Below are positions 31,292-39,933 of a stretch of 64,000 nt of DNA, one piece after another; the first letter of the stretch is position 1; each line of letters starts with the position of its first letter. Source of the stretch: a virus; the IMG/VR virus record IMGVR_UViG_3300023174_000121, positions 1 to 64,000 of that record; one strand, 5' to 3'. A model generated the notes under the pieces. The model did not search any database, was not told the DNA's origin, and worked only from the letters and a program-made list of their open reading frames with translations. Both the position numbers and the translations under genes were made by a program.

Positions 31292-31576
31292 ATGGAATTT
31301 ACCGACATTACTACTATCGTCGCTGATGTTGGATTTCCAATCTCAGCAGCAATTGCTGCTGGTTATTTCGTATTACTCTGTCTCAAATTCATTCTAGCTG
31401 GAGTCACCTCTTCTATCAAGTCATTAGAAGAGATTACAAAAAGCCTAGACAAAAGAATTGACATAATGAATTCCGAAGTAGAAAGAATTGACATTAAAAT
31501 ATCTCATGCTTTAGGATTACAGCCCAATTTTGGAAGAATTGCTCGGGCTAATCATAATGATGTTAGAAAAGATTAA
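31292..31576 (+). CDS. Small membrane protein (YvrJ-like GFP motif), TM plus coiled coil
   Basis: VADVGFPISAAIAAGYFV; GGAG RBS; AATAAATA late-like promoter upstream. Confidence 0.7.
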   Translation: MEFTDITTIVADVGFPISAAIAAGYFVLLCLKFILAGVTSSIKSLEEITKSLDKRIDIMNSEVERIDIKISHALGLQPNFGRIARANHNDVRKD

Positions 31577-31597
31577 AAACACTAGGGTCATTAGTCA

Positions 31598-31771
31598 ATG
31601 CCAAATACTAAAAGGCAAACGCATCATAGACAACCACATAAGTCTTCTTCCCCACAGGAGTCTGACAAAAAAGCACACACTGCTGGGATTGGCATACTTT
31701 TAATTTTACTCACCAACTATCAGGCTGAAATTAAACAAATTGTTTCGGCCCTACTAAAGGGTATAACATGA
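31598..31771 (+). CDS. Small single-TM protein
   Basis: 57 aa, MPNTKRQ...AGIGILLILLTNY...; ATGA overlap with the next gene; absent from the ORF track. Confidence 0.5.
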   Translation: MPNTKRQTHHRQPHKSSSPQESDKKAHTAGIGILLILLTNYQAEIKQIVSALLKGIT

Positions 31772-32502
31772 CTGCATTATTAAATAAAGTTTTTGAATAT
31801 AAGAAACTACCTTTTATTCTTGGTGGTTTAATATTTGCATCTTCTCTGACACTTCTTTCTGTCTTTAAGACTGCTGAGACACAACTCACACAACTTGATA
31901 ATGCACGAAAAGTTGCAAAAGAAATGTCTAAGAGTTCAGATGATCTAACTGCATATGCAAGATATTATGTCACTACTAAAAACGATAAATGGAAAATTGA
32001 ATTTGAAAAAGTCTTAGCAATTCGTTCTGGTGAAATTCCAAACGATGATGGACTAAAAAAATCTTTTAAAGATAAAGTCAAAGAAGTTGGATTTGAACAG
32101 AACGAACTCGATATGATTCTAAAGTCAGAACTCTTATCTAATGAACTTGCAAAACTTGAAATCAAAGCATTTAAGAATATTGAAGATTATAAAGCAGAGA
32201 AAGAACCCGAAAAGAACGCAGAGAAATTAGGCATTCTTGCAGTACAGGCAGAAATGGCAATGTTTGGAGAAGATTACCAAAAGCATAAATTTCTTGTCAT
32301 GGACGCTGCAAACGAATTCTATAATATTGTTCATGGTCGATTGAACTCTGCATATAACAAATCAATGACGATTGCATGGGCTTTGATTTCTACAATTAAT
32401 GTGTCTCTCCTAATGTTAATGATCTTCATTCAACATGGAAATAAAATTGTAAAGAAACCAGTGCGTAAACCAAGAAAAGTAATTCCAAAAAAGGTAGAGT
32501 GA
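31768..32502 (+). CDS. Two-TM protein with a chemoreceptor/histidine-kinase-type extracytoplasmic sensor domain and no output domain
   Basis: TM, then SSDDLTAYARYYVTT...LAIRSGE...GFEQNEL...SNELAKLEIKAF...MFGEDYQKHK, then TM and a short basic tail. Confidence 0.65.
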   Translation: MTALLNKVFEYKKLPFILGGLIFASSLTLLSVFKTAETQLTQLDNARKVAKEMSKSSDDLTAYARYYVTTKNDKWKIEFEKVLAIRSGEIPNDDGLKKSFKDKVKEVGFEQNELDMILKSELLSNELAKLEIKAFKNIEDYKAEKEPEKNAEKLGILAVQAEMAMFGEDYQKHKFLVMDAANEFYNIVHGRLNSAYNKSMTIAWALISTINVSLLMLMIFIQHGNKIVKKPVRKPRKVIPKKVE

Positions 32503-32786
32503 TGTATATTGTAGAGTTGATTAACAAGTATGGGTTTCCAATCATTGCTGCATTTGGACTAGCATACTTTGTTCACTACACTTGGATTTGGGTAACACTA
32601 GAAATAAAACCTGTTATTTCTAGTGCAAATAAATCACTCATCGATTTGATCGATAGAATAAGAACTCTTGATAATGATTTAATTCGACTCAATGAAAAGA
32701 TCGACACAGTTCTACAACTTCGCGGCAGAACAATTGACGCAGAAAGAATAGCAGTAGACAAACAAATCAATAAAAATCAAGCATAG
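32499..32786 (+). CDS. Small membrane protein (YvrJ-like GFP motif), TM plus coiled coil
   Basis: LINKYGFPIIAAFGLAYFV...LIDRIRTLDNDLIRL; paralog of 31292-31576. Confidence 0.7.
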   Translation: MMYIVELINKYGFPIIAAFGLAYFVHYTWIWVTLEIKPVISSANKSLIDLIDRIRTLDNDLIRLNEKIDTVLQLRGRTIDAERIAVDKQINKNQA

Positions 32787-33268
32787 AAAATGTGTTTGCC
32801 TATTTTGGTAATCACTTTCTTATTCCATCTAGGATTTACATAATTAGCATGATAATAAAGGGCATTGTCTAGCTTCTTTATTCTATGCCCACCAACAAGA
32901 ATTCTATACGCAGCTTCTTTAGATGCGATAAATTCTTGTGAATCATATCTCATAAGCCGACTCTTCTTTTCACATACCCAAGAGAATTGACATGTTTTGT
33001 TAACTTTTTGATAGACTGTTTTGCAAACAGTATTACCAAACTTACCAGATTTAACTCTATTAAGAGTCACTTGCGCTACTGCAAGTTTACCCTCAAAAGA
33101 TTCTGTTGCTGCTTCGTAATATATGTTTTGTGCTAAACAATTGATTTGTTGTTCTGTACTAGGAGTTATCAACTGATATTTGCTCTCTACAATTCCACTA
33201 TCTACCGATAATATCAAACCAAAAAATAAAAAAGATCCTAGTAAGACTTTTATAGTCTTTAGTATCAT
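32777..33268 (-). CDS. Cell wall hydrolase (SleB/Hydrolase_2)
   Basis: N-terminal TM; CLAQNIYYEA, AVAQVTLNRV, QFSW, ALYYHANYVNPRW, IGKHIFY. Confidence 0.93.
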   Translation of the reverse strand: MILKTIKVLLGSFLFFGLILSVDSGIVESKYQLITPSTEQQINCLAQNIYYEAATESFEGKLAVAQVTLNRVKSGKFGNTVCKTVYQKVNKTCQFSWVCEKKSRLMRYDSQEFIASKEAAYRILVGGHRIKKLDNALYYHANYVNPRWNKKVITKIGKHIFYA

Positions 33269-33290
33269 CTACTTCCTTATCGAGTTTTGA

Positions 33291-33635
33291 AAGTGGTAGG
33301 TTATTCTGTTACGAGGAAACCTACCGAAACCCTAAGTGGTTATCACGCCACTAATCTGTATTCGCTATCGTTTGCGTTTACTTGATTTGCTTCTACGGCC
33401 GAGTTGCCTCAACTCTACGGCTTTCGCATTGCCGTGTTGTCTGCATCGATACTCTTTGCTCTGTCGAACCTAATTCGGGCCCATCATAAACATAATGTTT
33501 GGAACTTTTATTATGAGCATTATTATCTCATTCACCAGTAGACAATATGTTTATGGTGGACCCGGGGGAGAACTGCCCTCCCCGTCCAAAACTCATTTTT
33601 CTTTGCTTCTTTCCTTTCAGAGTTTACAACAATAC
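33291..33635 (-). ncRNA. ssrA: Circularly permuted (two-piece) tmRNA, tag ANDSEYRLVA*
   Basis: Acceptor piece ends ...GGGGAG-GGCAGTT-CTCCCC-CGGGTCC-ACCA (3' end 33554). Coding piece starts GGGCCCG at 33482 (G3.U70 Ala identity). Tag ORF 33375-33343. Ends with the GTAGGTTTCCTCGTAACAGAATAACCTAC structure. Confidence 0.9.
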
Positions 33636-33638
33636 TTT

Positions 33639-33672
33639 TATTTAGTATATCATTATTTTACAAATGGTGCAA
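33639..33672 (-). promoter_or_regulatory. Overlapping early (TTGCAC-17-TATACT) and late-like (CTAAATA) promoters for the tmRNA
   Basis: Both motifs are visible immediately upstream of the acceptor piece. Confidence 0.55.
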
Positions 33673-34009
33673 GGTTGGGTGATTTCCATCCCTCTGGCTT
33701 TAGCACTTTGCCATCTTCACGCTTTCGAACCTTTCCTGTGTCTTTATCTATCTTGTCAAAATTGCTTCTTGCGACTTCACCCCATGCACCATTAACATCA
33801 TAGCCTTTCATGTAGCAATAGCCAAGAATAACCCAAATCATATCCATACATGCATCAAGTTTTTCTACTTCATCATCTTTATTGTTTGCTTGAATGAATT
33901 CATTAAACTCTTCAACAATTAGATTTCGATATAGACTTGCATTTGCTTTAGTCTTTTCTTGATCACACGCATCAATAAAAATTCGAACATCATCATACAT
34001 TCTATTCAT
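33653..34009 (-). CDS. MazG-like NTP pyrophosphohydrolase
   Basis: LIVEEFNEF...LDACMD...EVARSNFDK...REDGKVLKPEGW; RBS before ATG 34009. Confidence 0.85.
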   Translation of the reverse strand: MNRMYDDVRIFIDACDQEKTKANASLYRNLIVEEFNEFIQANNKDDEVEKLDACMDMIWVILGYCYMKGYDVNGAWGEVARSNFDKIDKDTGKVRKREDGKVLKPEGWKSPNLAPFVK

Positions 34010-34670
34010 ATAAAACTCCATCATATGCTTCACGGTAAGAAATAAACTCTTTGATATAGTCATCGCGCTTTTTAATAAACACTTGCGGATGATCTGAATC
34101 AACTGCAATCATAATAACTAATTGAGTAACTGGAATTCCAGTACGCTCTTCATACATTACTGCATAAGCAGAGCATTGCATGAAATAGTTTTTAATATTA
34201 GCTTCTTTCTTTTGTTTAGAAGATGTTTTAAAATCAATGATTGAAAGTTTATTGTCATACTCTGCAATGCAATCAACACGACCAGCGACTTTCAAATGAT
34301 GCGAATAGAGCGGAATCTCAATCGCATGGATGTTATTGATATGCTCATCCATCAAAGGCTGCAATGATTTGAACATTACAAACGAATCTGGAATTGCTTT
34401 CTCTGCATACTTTTCTGAATTATTCAGATAGTCTTCACAGATTTTATGCACTCTTGTTCCGCGACTCGATGCTTTAGTAGATATTCGATTTGCTTCCTCT
34501 TCACCAACTCTTTTACGCCAAGCAATAATATCTGCTTTGGTATGCTGTGATGTAATAGTTGTCACCGACGGATATAATTGTCCGTCGGGAGTTTTATAGA
34601 ATCTTTTACCATTTACGGTTTCAGTTTCTAAGTCATAGTCAATTGCACATGGCACATGATTAAATTTCAC
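34002..34670 (-). CDS. PD-(D/E)XK exonuclease (Cas4/RecB-like)
   Basis: YPSVTTI, RGTRVHKICEDYL, AGRVDCIAEY...IIDFKTS, YFMQCSAYA. Confidence 0.9.
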   Translation of the reverse strand: MKFNHVPCAIDYDLETETVNGKRFYKTPDGQLYPSVTTITSQHTKADIIAWRKRVGEEEANRISTKASSRGTRVHKICEDYLNNSEKYAEKAIPDSFVMFKSLQPLMDEHINNIHAIEIPLYSHHLKVAGRVDCIAEYDNKLSIIDFKTSSKQKKEANIKNYFMQCSAYAVMYEERTGIPVTQLVIMIAVDSDHPQVFIKKRDDYIKEFISYREAYDGVLYE

Positions 34671-34683
34671 TTTGCATAATCCA

Positions 34684-35466
34684 TTAATTTTGTATTGTGT
34701 CTTCGTATTGTAGTTTTGCTAATATGTAGTCTTTAACCAAAGAGGATCGAACAATATCATCAGCAGTAAATTCGATTCTGGTGAATGCTTTCATGTGCAT
34801 AGCAACGTCAAAGAATTTTAGAATACCTGTCTTGTCGTTTGATTTCCTTAGATCTGTTTGTCTATAGTCGCCACACCAAATAATTTTAGAGCGATATCCA
34901 ACGCGAGTCATTACGGTATCAATCTCTTCGAAATTCATATTCTGCATTTCGTCAACGATAATGATAGCATCATCAAATGACATACCGCGAATGAATGAAG
35001 TAGAAATGAATTCTACATAACCTTGCTCTGAAAGTCTAGCCCATGCATCTTTACGTCCAAAGATTGTTTGGCAAATCTGTTGATATGGTTGCTGATAGAT
35101 TTCCATCTTTTCAGTAACGTCACCAGGCAAATGACCAATCTCTCTTGATTGAACAGCGGAACGAACAACAATGATTTTATCAAATGGATTGTTCTTGTCG
35201 AGAACTTCCATTAATGATTTATACATTGCAATAAATGTCTTTCCTGTTCCAGCAACACCATGCAATGCTACGAAATAATCACCTCTATCATATGCATCAA
35301 AGAATAATTTTTGATTCTCTGTTAGTGGCTCAAACTTCTTTACATCATCAAGTTTCAACTTCAATGTGTTATTAACTTGTCTTGGAGTTTTTGTTGACGT
35401 TTGTGGACCAGAAATTTCCAATTCATCAGATTGTGGAATTTTTGGTACAGCAGGTTTTCTAGCCAT
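34684..35466 (-). CDS. phoH: PhoH family protein
   Basis: GVAGTGKT, IGHLPGD, FIRGMSF, IVDEMQN, CGDYRQTDL, DIVRS. Confidence 0.95.
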   Translation of the reverse strand: MARKPAVPKIPQSDELEISGPQTSTKTPRQVNNTLKLKLDDVKKFEPLTENQKLFFDAYDRGDYFVALHGVAGTGKTFIAMYKSLMEVLDKNNPFDKIIVVRSAVQSREIGHLPGDVTEKMEIYQQPYQQICQTIFGRKDAWARLSEQGYVEFISTSFIRGMSFDDAIIIVDEMQNMNFEEIDTVMTRVGYRSKIIWCGDYRQTDLRKSNDKTGILKFFDVAMHMKAFTRIEFTADDIVRSSLVKDYILAKLQYEDTIQN

Positions 35467-35506
35467 TGAAGACCTCTTTCTAGTATTGTAATGAAGGGCT
35501 CCAACA

Positions 35507-35743
35507 TTAGAATGTATTTACATTCCCCTTAGGATGTGCAGCTTTAGCCTTAGCTAGAACTTCTCTAAATCCATTGTCTGGTTTACGAACTCCCAATCGG
35601 ATTGGATCACCTAATGCTGGAGGGCTTAACATAACAGATTCGAATTGAGGATTCTCTTTTAGAAAATCATCTTTCTCACTCATTTTAAAGATTCTTTCGA
35701 TTATCTCTCCAGATTCTTTATTTCTAAAATTATAAGTTGGCAT
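35507..35743 (-). CDS. Conserved T4-like hypothetical protein (FmdB-like N-terminus)
   Basis: MPTYNFRNKESGE...DFLKENP...KPDNGFREVL; precedes phoH. Confidence 0.7.
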   Translation of the reverse strand: MPTYNFRNKESGEIIERIFKMSEKDDFLKENPQFESVMLSPPALGDPIRLGVRKPDNGFREVLAKAKAAHPKGNVNTF

Positions 35744-36260
35744 TATTAATTCCTTGCGTAAACCAATTTGGCGCAGGACGTTTAGTCCATCTTGCAATGC
35801 GCGCCTTTTCATGTATATAGTATTTTTTGTAGGATATAATTGCGTCGCCGTTCACCTTGTATATATCTGGCATTGCAGGAGTTGGCTCAGACCAACCTTC
35901 TGTACCAATATTCTTAGGCACATTCTTATATAGAACAAAGCATAAACCTGTACGTTCTACTTTATGCACCTTTTCATATCGATAAGTATACTCTTCGCAT
36001 AGATCAATTAGAAGATTACTTAACCAAATGTAATTCTCTTTAGACTTTCTTGCCCATATAGCAGATGGATGATTCTTGTGGGTTGCTTTGTACATGATTG
36101 AATCATGTAGAGGATCAGCAAGCACATTATCAATGCCATCTAATGTACGATGCGCTGTTGATAACAATTGTCCATATTCAAGAATCATCTTGACAACATG
36201 CTTGTCCAGATGCATTCTAGCGCAATTCACTGTGTCTTTATCTAAGTAAAAGATATTAAT
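35730..36260 (-). CDS. Pyrimidine-dimer DNA glycosylase / DenV-like family protein, probable ATT start
   Basis: (M)NIFYLDKD...HLDKHVVKMILEYGQLLSTAH, YKATHKNHPSAIW; SD AGAGGA 7 nt before ATT at 36260. Confidence 0.8.
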   Translation of the reverse strand: MNIFYLDKDTVNCARMHLDKHVVKMILEYGQLLSTAHRTLDGIDNVLADPLHDSIMYKATHKNHPSAIWARKSKENYIWLSNLLIDLCEEYTYRYEKVHKVERTGLCFVLYKNVPKNIGTEGWSEPTPAMPDIYKVNGDAIISYKKYYIHEKARIARWTKRPAPNWFTQGINNANL

Positions 36261-36281
36261 TTTGTTTTCCTCTTACAAATG

Positions 36282-36305
36282 AAAAGTGGCGAATGAATCG
36301 CCACT
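36282..36305 (-). terminator. Rho-independent terminator
   Basis: AGTGGCGA-loop-TCGCCACT followed by a T tract on the minus strand. Confidence 0.6.
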
Positions 36306-36314
36306 GGTGTCTCA

Positions 36315-36515
36315 TCAATAGTTGTCATCAATAAATTTCGCGACTATTGGGTGAATAACACCTTCAGCTAATCCGGTAGCAGCAATGATGTACTCAATAA
36401 CTTCATTGCCGGTTAAACCGAGATCCCAAGCAGTTAGTATCAGGCTTTCAACTAATGGTACTGTGTCTTCTTTACGTCGTAGCAACATAATCTTCTGCGT
36501 ACCGACGATCTTCAT
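36315..36515 (-). CDS. Hypothetical protein
   Basis: Overlaps the upstream ORF; ends just before the terminator. Confidence 0.5.
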   Translation of the reverse strand: MKIVGTQKIMLLRRKEDTVPLVESLILTAWDLGLTGNEVIEYIIAATGLAEGVIHPIVAKFIDDNY

Positions 36516-37017
36516 AGTCGGTTACGTCCGTGTCAATTTCATCCAAAATATCGATTGGTCCGCTTACGCTAACCATGTTCGACATAGCTGTTTCGAGCGA
36601 ATCCTCTTCGAACTGAGGAATCTCTACAACCTTAGCTGGCTTCACTTTAGCAACTTTGGGTGCTTTCGCAACCTTCGGTGCTTTGGGAGTAACAGCTTTA
36701 GGCACTTTGGGCTGAACTGACTTCGGATTAGATTCTACTTTCGTAAATGTTTCTGCATCAAAACCTCGAGCAGCAATCCATTCACGCATTTCTTGCACAT
36801 TCATTAGTTCGTAACCAACGACATTACGACCATCGCGGTGTGTTTTGATTATCGCACCACGCTTCTTTGCTCGCCAGAGTTCTGTCGAAATCCGATACAT
36901 GCAATCATATTGCAAATCTGTTTCAATCTGATTTGGACTACAAACCCAACCGTCACCACATTTAGCCATAAGGATGATTAGACGTTCGCAAGTACGGGGT
37001 GCTTTAACTTTAGCCAT
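36472..37017 (-). CDS. Early protein with possible wHTH N-domain and a Lys/Ala/Pro-rich linker
   Basis: PKVPKAVTPKAPKVAKAPKVAKVKPAK basic repeat, acidic tail, AAGGA RBS. Confidence 0.7.
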   Translation of the reverse strand: MAKVKAPRTCERLIILMAKCGDGWVCSPNQIETDLQYDCMYRISTELWRAKKRGAIIKTHRDGRNVVGYELMNVQEMREWIAARGFDAETFTKVESNPKSVQPKVPKAVTPKAPKVAKAPKVAKVKPAKVVEIPQFEEDSLETAMSNMVSVSGPIDILDEIDTDVTDYEDRRYAEDYVATT

Positions 37018-37236
37018 GATTAAATTCCTTTTCTCAAAAATATATAAATTACATCAAGCCGTAATGTACGGCGTCAAGATCATAAAAATGCTCGGCTTCA
37101 ATCTGCGGGTTCTGATGAGGAACCTCTACATCTTCTTGGGCTTGAAGTAGAGCAACATGCAGCGCTTCGTAATTAACTAACTGAACAATCAACTGGTCGA
37201 GGGTCATTTCAATCTCCTTTCTCATCCAATACAATC

Positions 37237-37295
37237 ATTATAACACTGTGGATCTGCGAAGTCAAGGCTTTTCTGTCTGTTGTTTTTTTACGACA
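37237..37295 (-). promoter_or_regulatory. Early promoter with upstream palindrome
   Basis: TTGACT-17-TATAAT; TGTTGTTTTTTTACGACA at 37278-37295. Confidence 0.75.
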
Positions 37296-37533
37296 AAAGG
37301 GCGTCAAAATCGAACTTCCGCATGACAGTCTTGCCTTGTACAACCACTGGAAACTGCTCAGGATAGAACGTATCGCCGTATTCATCAATCTCCAGAAGTT
37401 TACCAGATGCGATCCAATCTTCAATTGAAAGTTTCATTTCAGTAAACTCATTTAGGTATTGTCGGCATTCTTGCATTGAATCAAAAGTTTTTGATTTCAA
37501 ACCATTCTTAAAGTAAGGCTTTGCTAAAAACAT
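37288..37533 (-). CDS. Hypothetical protein
   Basis: ORF with GGAG RBS. Confidence 0.6.
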   Translation of the reverse strand: MFLAKPYFKNGLKSKTFDSMQECRQYLNEFTEMKLSIEDWIASGKLLEIDEYGDTFYPEQFPVVVQGKTVMRKFDFDALLS

Positions 37534-37607
37534 TTTATGCAGCTCCAGTCAAAACTAATGTAATAACCGCTAACCAACCAGCAACAATAAATCCCAATAC
37601 AATACGA

Positions 37608-37796
37608 TCACTCATTTACATTTTCCTCTTTATATTCCCATTGGCGAACATAAAAATGCACACCAAATGATTTCATAACATCTTCTGGATATCCAGCCCA
37701 AACAATCCATTCTTCAAAATTTTTATGTTTCTCGGAATCCCACACTTTAGGAAATCCGTATTTCCATCCAGAAGGTGGATCAACCCATACTTTCAT
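37608..37796 (-). CDS. Conserved small phage protein
   Basis: WVDPPSGWKYGFPK motif. Confidence 0.7.
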   Translation of the reverse strand: MKVWVDPPSGWKYGFPKVWDSEKHKNFEEWIVWAGYPEDVMKSFGVHFYVRQWEYKEENVNE

Positions 37797-38011
37797 TATT
37801 TAACTCCAAAATGATTTTTAATTGCACTTGCTGCACCAGAACTTGTCGTTTGGGTCGCATTACCTAATTCACAAACTGTAATGCATTCGTTTATAAGCAA
37901 ATTAGCAAATTGCAATATAACTTTTTCATTTGCTAATACTGGTTCGCCTTTAGAGAATCCAGCAGAAAGAAATCCAGCTTCAAATGCCAAGTCTTTAATA
38001 TTTTTATTCAT
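37796..38011 (-). CDS. MNERIKEL/FAELIV paralog family protein
   Basis: MNKNIKDLA...FANLLINEC...IKNHFGVK. Confidence 0.7.
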   Translation of the reverse strand: MNKNIKDLAFEAGFLSAGFSKGEPVLANEKVILQFANLLINECITVCELGNATQTTSSGAASAIKNHFGVK

Positions 38012-38342
38012 ATACTAACTCCATAAAATTTGTTTCCGCAGGGAGAATTTCAACAACACAATCATGCACTTCTAATCCAGATACAATAAATTCTTTCAAT
38101 ATATTTTCTCCGTATTCAGTGGTACCGTACGCAAGTTTATTGCACATGTAAACTGAACCAGAGTAGCCTTCAAAATAATATGACCGTGGATCTTCAGTAA
38201 TTTTGATCACTCCAGAATTCAATCTCCAGCGCATATCAATATTACGCCATGATCCGAAGATTTTGTAAAGAATCTTGTCTCCTTCTGGAAGAACATTCCT
38301 CGTCACCTTAATCATCACCCATTTGTCTGGATAATACTGCAT
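38004..38342 (-). CDS. Conserved phage hypothetical protein
   Basis: YYPDKWVMIK...YKIFGSW...WRLNSGV...FEGYSGSVYMC. Confidence 0.75.
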   Translation of the reverse strand: MQYYPDKWVMIKVTRNVLPEGDKILYKIFGSWRNIDMRWRLNSGVIKITEDPRSYYFEGYSGSVYMCNKLAYGTTEYGENILKEFIVSGLEVHDCVVEILPAETNFMELVYE

Positions 38343-38359
38343 TATTTTTTCCTTATTTT

Positions 38360-38590
38360 TTATTCTTTAATTTCAAATCTATACTTGATCATCTCAATAC
38401 ATTTACCAACAGTCCAAGAAATATCACCAAAATCATCATTCTCGAAGTTTGAAACTCCAACCATTGCAACTTGTGCGAGGCAATCTTGTATTATCAGTTC
38501 GGCGAACCTTTGAAAATTATCACCTTGGATGTGTAGTTCATTTTTCGAAAATTCAGCCTGTTTAGCAAATTGTTTAATTCGTTCGTTCAT
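38360..38590 (-). CDS. MNERIKEL/FAELIV paralog family protein
   Basis: MNERIKQFAKQA...FAELIIQDC...IKYRFEIKE. Confidence 0.7.
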   Translation of the reverse strand: MNERIKQFAKQAEFSKNELHIQGDNFQRFAELIIQDCLAQVAMVGVSNFENDDFGDISWTVGKCIEMIKYRFEIKE

Positions 38591-39407
38591 GATTTTTCCT
38601 TGATTTTCGCTCTTTGATTGCTCCATCCAATTCTTCAATCTGTCTCAATCGTATATCGTCCATAATATTCCAACCAATATATTCGCATGTTATATTTCGT
38701 TGTGTCATTTTCCATAACGTATCACGATACTTTTGTAATGCATCAATCACAACATCATAATCTCGTTCTGTGGATCGGGTGTTCTTCTCCTTGAGTTTGG
38801 CTTCTACTGTTCGGACTAATTCGTAACGCGCAAACCTTTTTACAATTTCATCCATCTCTTCCTCCGTCAGCCCGACCCACTGGCGGCGCGGGTTGGTGTA
38901 CAAGTCAACAATGCGTCTTGCCAGTTCTCTGCGGCTACGCTTACCGCCGCACTCATCCCAGTCAATAATGATTTTATAAACAGTCTCCAACGCATCCAGT
39001 CCGACCCACGGGCGCGGGGCGGTGTAGAGCGATGCAATCTTTTTCAGACGCGGATTGCCTTTCTCAAAACCCGATTCAAGTTGCTGCGCATCAACACACA
39101 TGGTGCGCCCAGTTTCTTCGTGCTGAAACATCCACGCCACCGGCTCCTGCTGAGTCGCTTGCGTCTCCCTGAATTGCTCCGCCGTGTCGCACCCGGTTGC
39201 TTCTTGGAATTCAAACAGTTCTGTTAAGCCAAATTCTACTACCGTCTTTCCGTCGATAGTTAACTCTGGTTGCGCCAGCCTATCGCGTAGGGCGGTGATG
39301 GCCTTGTGCTGTCTTTGGGATTGTTCTTTGTTCCCGTAATCTTCAATGACCGGCAGATTCCATTCCAACGCTTCCAGCGCCTGTTGCATAAGTTCGCGGT
39401 CAGTCAT
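38574..39407 (-). CDS. Mosaic hypothetical protein (GC-rich N-terminal part fused to an AT-rich C-terminal part)
   Basis: MTDRELMQQALEAL...EPVAW...LYTAP...WVGLTEEE...LKEKNT, then an AT-rich tail. Confidence 0.65.
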   Translation of the reverse strand: MTDRELMQQALEALEWNLPVIEDYGNKEQSQRQHKAITALRDRLAQPELTIDGKTVVEFGLTELFEFQEATGCDTAEQFRETQATQQEPVAWMFQHEETGRTMCVDAQQLESGFEKGNPRLKKIASLYTAPRPWVGLDALETVYKIIIDWDECGGKRSRRELARRIVDLYTNPRRQWVGLTEEEMDEIVKRFARYELVRTVEAKLKEKNTRSTERDYDVVIDALQKYRDTLWKMTQRNITCEYIGWNIMDDIRLRQIEELDGAIKERKSRKNHERTN

Positions 39408-39667
39408 GATTCAACTCCAAAATGTTCTTTAATCAATTGAGCATCAACTCCAAAATGTTCTTTAATCAATTGATCAGTTTCCCAAAGTGGATCAGCTTCA
39501 TGATAACTGTACTCGTGTCTATTAACAATGTCCAAACAGTCTCGCACAATCAACTCGGCGAATTTATATAAATGATCCATATGATGGCCAGGATTCAATT
39601 CATTAGGCGCAGTCTTGTATTTGAAACTAAACACTTCTTGCGCTAATTCTTTAATTCGTTCGTTCAT
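39404..39667 (-). CDS. MNERIKEL/FAELIV paralog with a duplicated C-terminus
   Basis: MNERIKELA...FAELIVRDC...QLIKEHFGVDAQLIKEHFGVES. Confidence 0.75.
   Translation of the reverse strand: MNERIKELAQEVFSFKYKTAPNELNPGHHMDHLYKFAELIVRDCLDIVNRHEYSYHEADPLWETDQLIKEHFGVDAQLIKEHFGVES
39411..39473. repeat. 33-bp-period tandem duplication
   Basis: TCAACTCCAAAATGTTCTTTAATCAATTGA occurs twice. Confidence 0.9.
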
Positions 39668-39933
39668 CTTGGATCCATTCCTCCGTTACTAACAATGTCA
39701 GTATAACACGGATTATCTTTATTTTTCAAATAGTTCATAGCCTCTTCCCAACCTTCTTGAAAAGTATTCCAATGATCTTCCAAACTATCACTTACATATT
39801 CGCCACTAGGTTTGCGGCGTAAACTGTGTCCTGATGTTATTCCAAAGTTGGGATAACATACAGTTTCAAACACATGACGAATCGGGTCTTTGGGAAAGTC
39901 AACAGGATTACTTGTGTTTGTGTAATGTCTCAT
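39664..39933 (-). CDS. Hypothetical protein
   Basis: ATGA-coupled ORF. Confidence 0.65.
   Translation of the reverse strand: MRHYTNTSNPVDFPKDPIRHVFETVCYPNFGITSGHSLRRKPSGEYVSDSLEDHWNTFQEGWEEAMNYLKNKDNPCYTDIVSNGGMDPR

Noticed and set aside
33495-33803. Plus-strand 102-aa ORF
   Set aside because: Antisense to the tmRNA and MazG genes, with no protein-like features.
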